DNA of 64,000 nt, taken from an uncultured Pelagibacteraceae bacterium. GTDB taxonomy: Bacteria; Pseudomonadota; Alphaproteobacteria; Pelagibacterales; Pelagibacteraceae. Each line of letters begins with the position of its first letter. Position 1 is the stretch's first letter. Shown one piece after another: positions 1 through 10,580 of the stretch. The DNA lies in NCBI GenBank assembly GCA_902610115.1, contig CACLUK010000004.1, positions 515 through 64,514 on the forward strand, written 5' to 3'. Position numbers and translations under genes: made by a program. The notes below the pieces were generated by a model, which worked only from the letters and a program-made list of their open reading frames with translations, was not told the origin of the DNA and did no database searches.

Positions 1-1209
1 AAAAACTCACTACTTACAAAAAATTTTTTTAATTCAAAGACATCTGTTTGGATGAGCCATGAAGATGCCGTAGTAAAGTTACCAAAGAATTTTAGAGCAA
101 TTGCCTCTACAAAGGACTCTAAATTAACAATCATAGAAAACAATAGAGAAAAGATTTACGGCGTTCAATTTCATCCAGAAGTCACACATACGCAAAATGG
201 AAAACAAATTTTTAAAAATTTTTTATTTTTAATCTGTAAAGTAAAGCGGAACTGGGATGTAATTTTTCAGAAGGAAAGACTTATCCAGGAAATTAAAAAA
301 ACCGTAAAAAATGAAAAAGTAATTTGCGCTCTATCAGGAGGAGTTGATAGTAGTGTTGCGGCATTATTAATAAATAAAGCGATTAAAAAAAATTTAATCT
401 GCATTATGGTTGATACAGGTTTGATGCGAAAAGACGAGTTTAAGTATACTTATAAGATATTTAAAAAGCGGTACAATCTTAATGTAAATTTAATCGATGC
501 ATCAACAATTTTTTTAAAAAAACTGAAAAATATTTCTAATCCAGAACGAAAAAGAAAAATTATAGGAAAACTTTTCATTAAAATATTTGAAAAAGAGTCA
601 AAAAAATTTAAAAATGTTAAGTTTCTTGCTCAAGGAACTCTTTATCCCGATATTATTGAAAGTAGATCTTCAACAGGGAGCAAAACATCAAAGATAAAGT
701 CTCACCATAATGTTGGTGGTTTACCAAAAAAAATGAACTTAAAATTAATTGAACCGTTAAAAGATTTTTTTAAAGATGAAGTAAGAGTATTAGGCACTAG
801 TTTAGGCTTAACTAAGGATATCTGTTTTAGACATCCTTTTCCAGGCCCCGGGTTGGGTATAAGAATTATTGGAAGTATTACACAAGAAAAAATTAAGATA
901 CTGCAGGAGGTAGATAATATCTATATTAATGAAATTATTAAAAATAACCTTTATGAAAAAATATGGCAAGCATATGCAGCGCTTTTACCTATTAAAACTG
1001 TTGGTGTAATGGGAGATTCAAGAACTTACGAGTATATATGTTTGTTGAGAGCTGTTACCTCAGAGGATGGAATGACTGCAGATTACTTTAGTTTCCCTAA
1101 AAAATTTGTAGACAAAATTTCTAACAAAATTGTCAATAATGTTAAAGGTGTAAACAGGGTGGTTTATGATATAAGTTCAAAACCCCCAAGTACGATTGAA
1201 TTAGAGTAA
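1..1209 (+). CDS. guaA: GMP synthase (glutamine-hydrolysing), 5'-truncated by the window edge
   Basis: Frame is open from base 1 ([17 protein letters not shown] then MSH). Motifs [14 protein letters not shown]-loop [16 protein letters not shown] and C-terminal KPPSTIE. Confidence 0.97.
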   Translation, partial: KNSLLTKNFFNSKTSVWMSHEDAVVKLPKNFRAIASTKDSKLTIIENNREKIYGVQFHPEVTHTQNGKQIFKNFLFLICKVKRNWDVIFQKERLIQEIKKTVKNEKVICALSGGVDSSVAALLINKAIKKNLICIMVDTGLMRKDEFKYTYKIFKKRYNLNVNLIDASTIFLKKLKNISNPERKRKIIGKLFIKIFEKESKKFKNVKFLAQGTLYPDIIESRSSTGSKTSKIKSHHNVGGLPKKMNLKLIEPLKDFFKDEVRVLGTSLGLTKDICFRHPFPGPGLGIRIIGSITQEKIKILQEVDNIYINEIIKNNLYEKIWQAYAALLPIKTVGVMGDSRTYEYICLLRAVTSEDGMTADYFSFPKKFVDKISNKIVNNVKGVNRVVYDISSKPPSTIELE

Positions 1210-1217
1210 TATCTTAT

Positions 1218-1997
1218 ATGATTAAAAAAATTCAAAATATAATTGATAAAAAAAATAAATCAAAAATTGTTTGCTTGACAGCCTACTCAAAAAATATTGC
1301 TAAAATATTAGACAAATATTGCGATATAGTTTTAGTAGGAGACTCAATGGCTAATGTCCTTTATGGCTTAAAAGATACTCATAAAATTAGTATGAAAAAT
1401 ATTATTCAACATTCAAAAAGTGTAAAAATGGGAATTATAAAATCTCTATTAGTTGTAGATATGCCTAAAGGCACATATCCTAACATAGAAACAGCAAAAA
1501 AAAATGCAAAACAAATTATAAAAATAACGAAATGTGACGCTGTAAAAATTGAGAGTAATAACAAAAATTTTAATATAATAACAGAGCTCGTAAAATCTAA
1601 TATACCAGTTATGGGTCACATTGGTTATACACCACAATTCAAAAAAAAATTTAAAATTGAAGGAAATACAGTAAAAAAAGCAAAAAAACTTTTAAAAGAA
1701 GCCTTACAAATAGAAAAGGCTGGAGCTTTTTGCATAGTATTAGAATGCCTAGCACCTATTGCGTCGCAATTAATCTCTAAAAAATTAAAAATACCAACTA
1801 TTGGAATAGGATCTTCAAATTATTGTGATGGACAAATTCTTGTTACAGATGACATGTTAGGTTTAAGTGGTTTTTATCCAAAATTTGTGAAAAAATATGC
1901 TTCTTTAAATAGAATAATTGAAAAAGCTGTAAAAAAATATACTAGTGAAGTGAAGTTAGTTAAATTTCCTACAAGAAAATATTTTTTAAATGAGTGA
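1218..1997 (+). CDS. panB: 3-methyl-2-oxobutanoate hydroxymethyltransferase
   Basis: LTAY, LVGDS, VVDMP, VMGHIG, PTIGIG and DGQILV motifs. Confidence 0.95.
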   Translation: MIKKIQNIIDKKNKSKIVCLTAYSKNIAKILDKYCDIVLVGDSMANVLYGLKDTHKISMKNIIQHSKSVKMGIIKSLLVVDMPKGTYPNIETAKKNAKQIIKITKCDAVKIESNNKNFNIITELVKSNIPVMGHIGYTPQFKKKFKIEGNTVKKAKKLLKEALQIEKAGAFCIVLECLAPIASQLISKKLKIPTIGIGSSNYCDGQILVTDDMLGLSGFYPKFVKKYASLNRIIEKAVKKYTSEVKLVKFPTRKYFLNE

Positions 1998-2499
1998 AAA
2001 TTTAGATATTAAGAATGAGAATAAAGATAAATTTACTTTATTTTTGAAAGAAAATTTAAAAAAAATAATAATTTTAATAATTATAACGGTAATTATTTTC
2101 TCTTTTTTTATTTTTTTTAAAATATCTGATGAAAATAAAGATAAATTAATTTCAGAAAAATATATTCAAGCTGGAATATATTTATCTAAAAATAAAAAAA
2201 TCGAGTCTAAAAAATTATTTGAGGAAATTATTTACGAAAAAAATAAATTTTATTCTGTCTTAGCTTTAAATACTATTTTAGAAAAAAAATTAGAGAATAA
2301 TAAAAATAAAATTATGGAGTATTTCGAAATTATAGAAAAATTGAATTACTCAAGTGAAAAAAAAGATCTTATTAATTTAAAGAAAGCTTTATATTTGATA
2401 AATAATTCTGAAGAGGATGAAGGTAAAAAATTATTAAATAGGATAATTGACTCTGACTCTAAACTTAAAAATATAGCAGAAGAAATTAATAAACAGTAA
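1990..2499 (+). CDS. YfgM-like/TPR membrane-anchored protein
   Basis: Single N-terminal TM segment followed by helical TPR-like repeats; usual position upstream of the BamB-like gene. Confidence 0.6.
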   Translation: MSENLDIKNENKDKFTLFLKENLKKIIILIIITVIIFSFFIFFKISDENKDKLISEKYIQAGIYLSKNKKIESKKLFEEIIYEKNKFYSVLALNTILEKKLENNKNKIMEYFEIIEKLNYSSEKKDLINLKKALYLINNSEEDEGKKLLNRIIDSDSKLKNIAEEINKQ

Positions 2500-2513
2500 G
2501 TATTAAAAGTAAT

Positions 2514-3836
2514 ATGAAGTTAGTATTTGTTATAACAATATTTATTGTATTAAAAGCTTGTTCATTTGATAACAAATCTGGAATTTGGAGAAATGATAAA
2601 GGATCTGTAGTTGAAAGAAAGATTTTTAAGGATTTTAAAAATTTATCAAGTATCAATAAAAATTTTGATCAAATAAAAAAAATTGACGAAAATTTTAAAT
2701 TCCAAACATTAAAAGAAATAAAAAGTATTTCATGGAACGACATTTTTTATAATTCAAATAATAATATTAAAAACTTTGATTATACCAATTCAAATTTTTT
2801 GACTTTTAGAAGTAAAAAAATTTCTAATTCAGTTTCATCAGACTATCTATTATCAGATGGAGAAAATATCTTTTTAAGTGATGAAAAAGGAAATATAATT
2901 ATCTTTTCTTTAAAAAATAATCAAATAATTAAAAAATTTAATTTTTATAAAAAAAGATTTAAAAAAATAAAAAAAAAACTCAATTTAATTCTTTATGAAA
3001 ATATTTTATATATATCTGATAATATAGGTTATCTATACGCTTATGATTACAGAAGAGATAAAATTATTTGGGCTAAAAATTATAAAATTCCCTTTAGATC
3101 TAATTTGAAAATATCTAGAAATAAATTAATTGCAGCTAACCAAAATAATAATTTATTTTTTTTCAATAAAAAAAATGGAAATATTATCAAGATGATACCA
3201 ACTGAAGAGTCTAAAGTTAAAAATGATTTCATAAATAATTTAGCAGTCCAGGAAAATATAACAATTTTTTTAAATACATACGGATCTCTTTATGCAATAA
3301 ATAATGAAACTTTAAGAATAAATTGGTTTCTAAATCTAAATGAAAATCAAGATATAAATCCAAGTAATTTATTTTTTGGTAGTAATGTGATGATAGTAGA
3401 TAAAAAAGTAATATCACCTTCAAAAAACTTTTTACATATTTTTGATATTGAGACAGGTTCTTTACTATACAAAGAAAAGTTCAGCACTGAATTGAGTCCT
3501 ATTGCAACTAATGAAAATATTTTTTTAATTTTAGACAACGATTTACTAGTATGTTTAAACATTAAAAACGGGAATATAATTTACTCTTACGATTTAAATC
3601 AAAAAATTGCTGATTTCCTTAGAACAAAAAAAAAAAGAGCTACATTTAAAGATTTAAAAATATTAAATAGTAAATTATTTATATTTTTACAAAATTCTTA
3701 TGTAATACAATTAGACTTAAAGGGAGAGATAGAAGAGATTAAAAAACTACCCTCAAAAATTAAGACAAAACCAATAATTCTAAATAGTTCTATTATGTAT
3801 TTAGATAATAAAAATAAATTATCGATAATTAACTAG
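2514..3836 (+). CDS. BamB-like PQQ-repeat beta-propeller lipoprotein
   Basis: Lipobox LKA-C; repeated G-x-L-Y-A...G...W blades; synteny with the YfgM-like gene. Confidence 0.7.
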   Translation: MKLVFVITIFIVLKACSFDNKSGIWRNDKGSVVERKIFKDFKNLSSINKNFDQIKKIDENFKFQTLKEIKSISWNDIFYNSNNNIKNFDYTNSNFLTFRSKKISNSVSSDYLLSDGENIFLSDEKGNIIIFSLKNNQIIKKFNFYKKRFKKIKKKLNLILYENILYISDNIGYLYAYDYRRDKIIWAKNYKIPFRSNLKISRNKLIAANQNNNLFFFNKKNGNIIKMIPTEESKVKNDFINNLAVQENITIFLNTYGSLYAINNETLRINWFLNLNENQDINPSNLFFGSNVMIVDKKVISPSKNFLHIFDIETGSLLYKEKFSTELSPIATNENIFLILDNDLLVCLNIKNGNIIYSYDLNQKIADFLRTKKKRATFKDLKILNSKLFIFLQNSYVIQLDLKGEIEEIKKLPSKIKTKPIILNSSIMYLDNKNKLSIIN

Positions 3837-5284
3837 TTATTTGACTTACCACTTAACAGAGACAATTGTTGCACCTTTAGACCTTTAATATTATCTGAGG
3901 GTTTGATTGGATAGTCGCCAGTAAAATAATGATCGCTGAATTGAGGGTAATTTAAATTTCTTTTTGAATTAGTAAGAGCATAATATAGACCATCCAAGCT
4001 TAAAAATTTTAAACTTTTGGCTTTAATATAGTTACACATTTCCTGATTTGTTTTTTTATACGCCAATAATTCCTCTTTAGTTGGCATATCTACTCCATAA
4101 AAATCAGGATACTTAATTTCAGGACATGCAATCCTTACATGAACTTCTTTAGCACCTGCCTCGTAGAGCATTTTAACAATTTTGTGACATGTAGTTCCTC
4201 TAACAAGTGAATCGTCGATTAATATAATTGATTTATTATTAACTATTGATTTGGTCGAGCTAAGTTTCAACTTCACACCTAAACTTCTAATATTTTGAGT
4301 AGGCTCGATGAAAGTTCTTCCCACATAGTGATTCCTGATCAAACCTAATTCAAATTTTATTTTAGATTGCTCAGCATAGCCTAAAGCTGCGGGTACCCCT
4401 GAGTCTGGAACTGGAACTACCAAATCTGCGTTAATATTTCCCTCTTTTGCTAACTCAATACCAAGTTTTTTTCTGTATTCATAGGCACATTTTCCATCAA
4501 TTAAACTATCTGGTCGAGCAAAATATATATATTCAAAAACACATGGTCGTGTTTTTTGTTTTGGAAATGGTTTTATACTCTTAATTTTTTTGTCTTCAAT
4601 ATAGACAATTTCACCATTTTCCACCTCTCTTATAAAGGTTGCTCCTACAATATCTAAAGCACAAGTTTCAGATGCGAAAATAAAAGAGTCTTTTAACTTT
4701 CCGATCACCAAAGGCCTTATTCCAAAAGGATCTCTTACACCCACTAGTTTTTTATTTGTCATTAATATTAAAGAATATCCACCTTGTATTTGAAACAAAG
4801 CATCAATCAATTTTTCTAAAAATTTATCTCTCTTAGATTTCGCTATCAACTGAACTATTGTTTCCGTATCACTAGTAGTTCTAAAAATCGCACCATCTTT
4901 TACTAAACTTTCTCTGAGCAATAAAGCATTCGTAAGATTTCCATTATGAGCAACACTTAGGCCTCCCATATGTAAATCTGCAAAAAACGGTTGGATATTT
5001 CTCAACGATGTTTCACCGGTTGTTGAATATCTATTGTGGCCAATCGCAAAAGAACCTGGTAGTTTTTTAATTATATCTGGATTAGTAAAATGATCTCCAA
5101 CTAGACCTTGTCTTTTTTCTGAATGATAATTTTTTCCATCAAATGATACTATTCCACATCCTTCTTGACCTCTATGTTGTAATGCGTGTAAACCTAATGC
5201 AACTAAAGCAGAAGAGTCTGAGTGGTCAGAAATTCCAAAAATTCCGCACTCCTCTCTTAATTTATCAATATTAAATTTTTTCAA
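3833..5284 (-). CDS. purF: Amidophosphoribosyltransferase
   Basis: Propeptide then CGIFG; LQHRGQE, GHNRYST, HNGNL; PRPP-binding loop IDDSLVRGTT. Confidence 0.97.
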   Translation of the reverse strand: MKKFNIDKLREECGIFGISDHSDSSALVALGLHALQHRGQEGCGIVSFDGKNYHSEKRQGLVGDHFTNPDIIKKLPGSFAIGHNRYSTTGETSLRNIQPFFADLHMGGLSVAHNGNLTNALLLRESLVKDGAIFRTTSDTETIVQLIAKSKRDKFLEKLIDALFQIQGGYSLILMTNKKLVGVRDPFGIRPLVIGKLKDSFIFASETCALDIVGATFIREVENGEIVYIEDKKIKSIKPFPKQKTRPCVFEYIYFARPDSLIDGKCAYEYRKKLGIELAKEGNINADLVVPVPDSGVPAALGYAEQSKIKFELGLIRNHYVGRTFIEPTQNIRSLGVKLKLSSTKSIVNNKSIILIDDSLVRGTTCHKIVKMLYEAGAKEVHVRIACPEIKYPDFYGVDMPTKEELLAYKKTNQEMCNYIKAKSLKFLSLDGLYYALTNSKRNLNYPQFSDHYFTGDYPIKPSDNIKGLKVQQLSLLSGKSNN

Positions 5285-5816
5285 TTTGTTCTTTCGTGTC
5301 TATAAAATCTTCACTTGAGGGAAATTCATCAATCAATATTTTACTTCCTTTGTTTATTAAGTTAAATGAAATTGCTTCTTCAGCTGATATACCCCAATTC
5401 TTATAAGGATAAAACCAATTTAATATAGAAAATATACACACTGAAACTATATAACCTTTGAAAAAACCAAATAAAAGGCCGAATGATTTATCAATTGAAC
5501 CTACCCCTGTCCAAGTAACAGTTTTGCTTACAACCTTCCCTAATAAAATTATTGAGAAAAGAGTAAAGGTAAATATGGCAATTCCTAAACCAACATTATT
5601 GATAAATTCTGACTCAATATATTCACTTACAATTGGCTGAAGTTTTGGAACAAATATAATGGTTACGACTGTTGATATTACCCATTTCATAAAAGAAATC
5701 AAACTTAAGGAAAAACCTTTTAGAAAACATTGAATTATACAGTAAAAAAAAATAAATATTATTGCGACATCAAAAAAATTTATTACACTAAAAAAATCTT
5801 TAATAAAATTATCCAT
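5271..5816 (-). CDS. cvpA: CvpA (colicin V production) family membrane protein
   Basis: Four TM segments, KGF and DKSFGLLFG motifs, directly upstream of purF. Confidence 0.85.
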   Translation of the reverse strand: MDNFIKDFFSVINFFDVAIIFIFFYCIIQCFLKGFSLSLISFMKWVISTVVTIIFVPKLQPIVSEYIESEFINNVGLGIAIFTFTLFSIILLGKVVSKTVTWTGVGSIDKSFGLLFGFFKGYIVSVCIFSILNWFYPYKNWGISAEEAISFNLINKGSKILIDEFPSSEDFIDTKEQIEKI

Positions 5817-5827
5817 AATTTATAAAA

Positions 5828-8290
5828 TTAGTTTTTACCAAAAGGTTTATAAATTAATAATAATTTTGGAAGCAAAGTGAGAACCGAAATCATAGCCAAT
5901 AACATTGCTAAACCAGTAAAAATTCCAAAATATATTGTTGGAATAAAATTAGATAATATTAAGATAGAAAAACCAAATACAATTGTGATGGATGTATTTA
6001 ATATAGCTATACCAACAGTGTTATGGCATCGATCTAAAGTAGTATTATAGTCTTTAATTTTTTTATACTCTTCTTTAAATCTATAAATATAATGAATACT
6101 ATTATCTACTGCTATGCCAATAGTAATTGCAGCTATTGTAATTGTCATCATATCCAAAGGAATGTTCATTAAACCTATTACTCCAAGAATAAATAATGCT
6201 GCTATAAAATTTGGAACAATACCAATTAGAGATAAAGTTAAATTTCTAAACAAAACGAAGAACATCATAAATATTCCAATCATCACAATTCCTAGTGTTA
6301 AAATTTGTGATTTAAATAAACTTTGCAACAAATTATTGAATAAAATAAGAACACCAGCTAATTTGTACTCATTTTTATCAAGCCCAAGTTTTGTTTGAAG
6401 ATCATTATTTATTTTTTTAATTAAATCATTTCTTTTTATATCTTTTAAAGAGTCTTTAATTCTTAAATTTATTCTTGCTTCATCTTTATCTACCGAAATA
6501 TAAGGCGAGATGATTTCATTCTTAATTTCTTTTGGTATTTTACTATACAAGACTGCAATTTCTAGACTTTGCAATTCTTTATTGTTTAAGTCCTCGGCGA
6601 CTCTCAATATTGATCCAAATGATAAAACTTTACCAATTTCTGGTAAATTTTCTAAATAATCGTGTACTTTTAAAATCCTGTCCATTTTATCTCTTGTAAA
6701 CCAATATTTCGATTTTTCCTCATTAATGTTTTCTTCATCATCTTCCCACTCTGAAAACTCATCATCATTTTCACTTATTTTTTTTGTTGGAAATTTTAGA
6801 ATTACATTTAAAGGCGTTGTTCCACCAAGTTTATCATCAATAATTTTCATACCTTTGTAAATCTCAGTTTCCTTATCAAAATAGTTTATGAAACTATTTT
6901 CAACTTCAAGTTTTGAAATTCCAAAAACACTAGCAATAATGATTGTTAAAGTTGTAAAAAATATTAATAAAGTTTTTTTCTTTGCTATTGAGCCCAGAAA
7001 AGAGGTTATCAAAGAATTCTCAGAATTTTTAATATTAATGTCATTTTCAGAAGAAAAAATATTTAGTAAAGTTGGCAATAACATAAATGTAACTATTAAA
7101 GAAACAATTAAGCCTAACGTCATCATCCAACCAAAATCAATGATAGGTTTTATTCCGCTAAAGATGAGTGAGAGAAATGCGCAAACTGTAGTAAGGACAG
7201 TATAAAGAATTGGTAAAATCATTTTTTTACTTGCCTCTATAATTGCTTCTTTTTTTGATAATTCAGGATATTCTTTTTTTAATTGTAAAAATCTGACTGT
7301 TAAGTGAATATTCATTGCCATATTTAAAATTAACATCAAGGCAATAAAATTTGACGAAATAACTGTTACTTTCCATCCGATTAATCCTAGTAAACCTATC
7401 ATAATGATTACAGATGTTGCACAACCGAGTAACGGCATTATCACCCATTTTAAATTTTTAAAAATAAACCAAAGTGTGAGGATAATAAAAACGAATACAC
7501 CAAAACCAAAAACAATAATATCATTTTTAATAAATGTCATCATATCATCAGCTATCATTGGGATTCCTCCTAAATGTATTTTTGCACTTTCTCCGTATTT
7601 GCTGATTACATCTCTTATCTCATTTATATTTTGATGATTTCTTTTATTATAAAGATTTTTGTATTCTTCATATTCTTTTGAAAAAACTTTGTAATTTGCT
7701 TTTTCCTCTTTGGTTAAACCTGATTCTTTTAATTGATTATAATATTTATCCTTAACTTTTATATACTCAGATAATCTCTCATCTTTCTTTAAGTAAACAA
7801 CGATACCTGAGGTTTTGCCATCTTCACTAATTACATAATTTTTGTAAATTGGACTATTTAGTATTTCTTCAAATCCTCTTTTTCTATCAATTTCAGGATA
7901 AGCTAATGTTTTATAATTTTTTAATCTTTCCATCAAACCCTCATCTGTACTTTTCAGTAAAGGGACGTCTATAATAGTAACAACACTATCTACCCATGAT
8001 AATCTCTCTATTTTTGATTTTAAAAGTTGTAAATTAAGTATAGTTTCTTTTTCAATAAAACTTGATACCGGGGTGTAGGTAAGCACTAAAAAATCCTTTG
8101 ATCCATATCTATCATTAATTTCTCTTAAATATTTAAGATCTTTGTCACCTTCTAAAAGAAGAGCATCAGATGAAGCATCTAGATTAAAATTTTTTGCATG
8201 ATAAAAAGACATTGCTGTAATCAGCATTAAAAAAAACAGAGTAAATTTTGGAAAATCAATTGTTAATTTTTTATAAATATAAGAAAACAT
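5828..8290 (-). CDS. MMPL/RND-family transporter
   Basis: Two repeats of (1 TM + large periplasmic loop + 5 TM); GIAVDNSIH motif. Confidence 0.85.
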   Translation of the reverse strand: MFSYIYKKLTIDFPKFTLFFLMLITAMSFYHAKNFNLDASSDALLLEGDKDLKYLREINDRYGSKDFLVLTYTPVSSFIEKETILNLQLLKSKIERLSWVDSVVTIIDVPLLKSTDEGLMERLKNYKTLAYPEIDRKRGFEEILNSPIYKNYVISEDGKTSGIVVYLKKDERLSEYIKVKDKYYNQLKESGLTKEEKANYKVFSKEYEEYKNLYNKRNHQNINEIRDVISKYGESAKIHLGGIPMIADDMMTFIKNDIIVFGFGVFVFIILTLWFIFKNLKWVIMPLLGCATSVIIMIGLLGLIGWKVTVISSNFIALMLILNMAMNIHLTVRFLQLKKEYPELSKKEAIIEASKKMILPILYTVLTTVCAFLSLIFSGIKPIIDFGWMMTLGLIVSLIVTFMLLPTLLNIFSSENDINIKNSENSLITSFLGSIAKKKTLLIFFTTLTIIIASVFGISKLEVENSFINYFDKETEIYKGMKIIDDKLGGTTPLNVILKFPTKKISENDDEFSEWEDDEENINEEKSKYWFTRDKMDRILKVHDYLENLPEIGKVLSFGSILRVAEDLNNKELQSLEIAVLYSKIPKEIKNEIISPYISVDKDEARINLRIKDSLKDIKRNDLIKKINNDLQTKLGLDKNEYKLAGVLILFNNLLQSLFKSQILTLGIVMIGIFMMFFVLFRNLTLSLIGIVPNFIAALFILGVIGLMNIPLDMMTITIAAITIGIAVDNSIHYIYRFKEEYKKIKDYNTTLDRCHNTVGIAILNTSITIVFGFSILILSNFIPTIYFGIFTGLAMLLAMISVLTLLPKLLLIYKPFGKN

Positions 8291-8343
8291 TAGAATATTT
8301 CAGATATATCTTAATTTTCTTATAACTAAAGAGAAAATTAAGT

Positions 8344-9771
8344 CTAATTTTTCGTTAAATCTTTGAATTTAGTATAAATTCCCTCAAACTCAACTTTGAC
8401 AGTGCCTGTAGGACCATGTCTTTGCTTTCCTAAAATTATATCTGCAAGGCCGTTTACATCATTCATTTTTGATTGCCATTCTGCGTGTTCAATTGAGCCT
8501 AATTTTGGTTGTTTCCTCTCTAAATAATAAGCTTCCCTATATACAAACATGACTACATCCGCATCTTGCTCTATTGAACCAGATTCTCTCAAATCAGATA
8601 ATTGAGGTTGTTTATCATCTCTTTGCTCAACAGCCCTTGAAAGCTGTGATAATGCTAAAACTGGAACGTTTAACTCTTTAGCTAGAGCTTTTAAACCCTG
8701 TGTAATTTCAGAAATTTCCTGAACCCTACCTTCATTTTTGATTAAATTAGATCTCATCAATTGAATATAATCAACTACTATCAAACTTAAACCAAATAAT
8801 CTTTTAATTCTCCTAGCTCTGTTACTCAATGTGGCTATAGAAATTGCTGGTGTTTCATCAATAAACAATGGAAGATTGTAAATATTTCTAGAGGCTTCAA
8901 TATATCTATTGATTTCTTCTTCGGTAACTTTACCTTTTCTAATATCATCAGATTTAATTTTAGCTTGTTCAGATAGTATTCGAGTTGAAAGTTGCTCTGA
9001 TGACATTTCAAGAGAAAAAAAGGCTACAGAGGATTTCTCTTGTTTGTTTAAAATATTTTGAGAAGCATGATACGCTATATTTGTAGCTAGCGCAGTTTTA
9101 CCCATAGATGGTCTACCCGCAAGAATTATTAAATCCGATTTATGCAACCCACCAAGTTTTTGATCTAAATCTGTCAAGCCAGTCGGTACACCAACTACCC
9201 CTTGATCACTTTTCATAGCAAGAGTAGCCATTTCAATAGTTTGATCTATTGCTTTATTAAATTTTACAAACGATTGAGAAAAACTCCCCCTTTCGGCTAA
9301 ATCAAATAAGGATTTTTCTGTACTTTCAATTATATTTTCTGCATTTTGTTCTTGAGAACTTGCATTGATTGTATCCGATGATAATTTATCAGAAATTAAA
9401 ACAAGTTCTCGTCTTAAATACATTTCATGAATTATTTTTGCATAATCAACTGCCTGTTTTGTAGATCCAGAAAATCTAGTAAGTTTAACCAAATATTCTG
9501 TTCCACCAACTTCACCAAGCATATTATCTTTTTCGAAATAATTTTTTAAAGTAATAGGGTTTGCAATCATTCCCTTGTTATTTAAATTTTCTATTACTTC
9601 GTAAATTTTTATATGCGCTGGATCATAAAATATTGATGAATTTATAATCGACGCTATTTCATCTATGATATCATTATTAACTAGAATTGATCCTAGCAAA
9701 GCTTGTTCAGCTTCCAAGTTTGACGGTTGCTTATTTTGCAGATTATTTTTAATATTTCTGATTTCTTCCAC
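8344..9771 (-). CDS. dnaB: Replicative DNA helicase
   Basis: EAEQALLG, Walker A GRPSMGKT, FSLEMS, VDYIQL, LRESGSIEQDAD; GTG start. Confidence 0.97.
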   Translation of the reverse strand: MEEIRNIKNNLQNKQPSNLEAEQALLGSILVNNDIIDEIASIINSSIFYDPAHIKIYEVIENLNNKGMIANPITLKNYFEKDNMLGEVGGTEYLVKLTRFSGSTKQAVDYAKIIHEMYLRRELVLISDKLSSDTINASSQEQNAENIIESTEKSLFDLAERGSFSQSFVKFNKAIDQTIEMATLAMKSDQGVVGVPTGLTDLDQKLGGLHKSDLIILAGRPSMGKTALATNIAYHASQNILNKQEKSSVAFFSLEMSSEQLSTRILSEQAKIKSDDIRKGKVTEEEINRYIEASRNIYNLPLFIDETPAISIATLSNRARRIKRLFGLSLIVVDYIQLMRSNLIKNEGRVQEISEITQGLKALAKELNVPVLALSQLSRAVEQRDDKQPQLSDLRESGSIEQDADVVMFVYREAYYLERKQPKLGSIEHAEWQSKMNDVNGLADIILGKQRHGPTGTVKVEFEGIYTKFKDLTKN

Positions 9772-9822
9772 GATTACATTCTAAAAAAAAGAGCCTATCT
9801 TGGAAGTAAAAAGTTACACACT

Positions 9823-9844
9823 TTTTCCAAAACTCTGTGGAAAA
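9823..9844. promoter_or_regulatory. Inverted pair of DnaA-box-like sites upstream of dnaB (alternatively an rplI terminator hairpin)
   Basis: TGTGGAAAA at 9836-9844 reads TTTTCCACA on the minus strand and matches TTWTNCACA; TTTTCCAAA at 9823-9831 is a 1-mismatch copy in the opposite orientation. Confidence 0.45.
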
Positions 9845-9845
9845 G

Positions 9846-10301
9846 TTATTTGGATTGTATTTTGTCTATTTTGATTGAAATGCTAGCTTTTACTTCAGAG
9901 TGAAAATTTATTAGTGCTTTAAATACACCAATTTTATTTAAATCCTCTTTTAAAATAATTTGTGATGGGCTTACTTCAGCATTTGCAGTACTTTTGATTA
10001 AATTTGTAATTTCTTTTGGCTTAATTGATCCGTACAACTCACCGTTTTCTTTGCTTTCTTTATTAAATTTAAATATCTTATTATTCACTAATTTTGCGAT
10101 TTCTTTAAATTTATTTTTTAATTCTGTATTTTTTTTATTTAATTCATCTTTTTTTTTATTTACAAACTCAAGATTTTCTTTATTAAATCTTAAAGCCTTT
10201 CCCTCTCTAAGAAGAAAATTTCTTCCGTAACCGTCCTTAACTTTTACTTTATCTCCAATATTTCCTAAATTTGAAATATTTTCTAACAATATAATTTCCA
10301 T
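9846..10301 (-). CDS. rplI: 50S ribosomal protein L9
   Basis: MEIILLE...VKVKDGYGRNFL; LYGS. Confidence 0.96.
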   Translation of the reverse strand: MEIILLENISNLGNIGDKVKVKDGYGRNFLLREGKALRFNKENLEFVNKKKDELNKKNTELKNKFKEIAKLVNNKIFKFNKESKENGELYGSIKPKEITNLIKSTANAEVSPSQIILKEDLNKIGVFKALINFHSEVKASISIKIDKIQSK

Positions 10302-10302
10302 A

Positions 10303-10575
10303 TTAAAGTAATCCCAATATTTTAGCTCTTTTGATTTCGCGAGTAAGTTTTTTTTGTTTGTTAAATGAAACAGAAGTGATTTTTGATGAAATTATTTTAC
10401 CATTATCAGACATATATTTTTTTAATAAATTTACATTTTTATAATCTATAACTGGAGCATTTTTCAAAGAAAGGGGACATTTTTTAGAGAATCTTCCGTC
10501 TGCTTTTTGGAATAAACTTAATTTATTTAATGAGTTTGAACCTCTTTTATGAAATTTACTATTTTTCCTTTTCAT
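10303..10575 (-). CDS. rpsR: 30S ribosomal protein S18
   Basis: CP...IDYKN..LL..Y.S..GKI...IKRA..LGLL; lies between rpsF and rplI. Confidence 0.92.
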   Translation of the reverse strand: MKRKNSKFHKRGSNSLNKLSLFQKADGRFSKKCPLSLKNAPVIDYKNVNLLKKYMSDNGKIISSKITSVSFNKQKKLTREIKRAKILGLL

Positions 10576-10580
10576 ATTAA

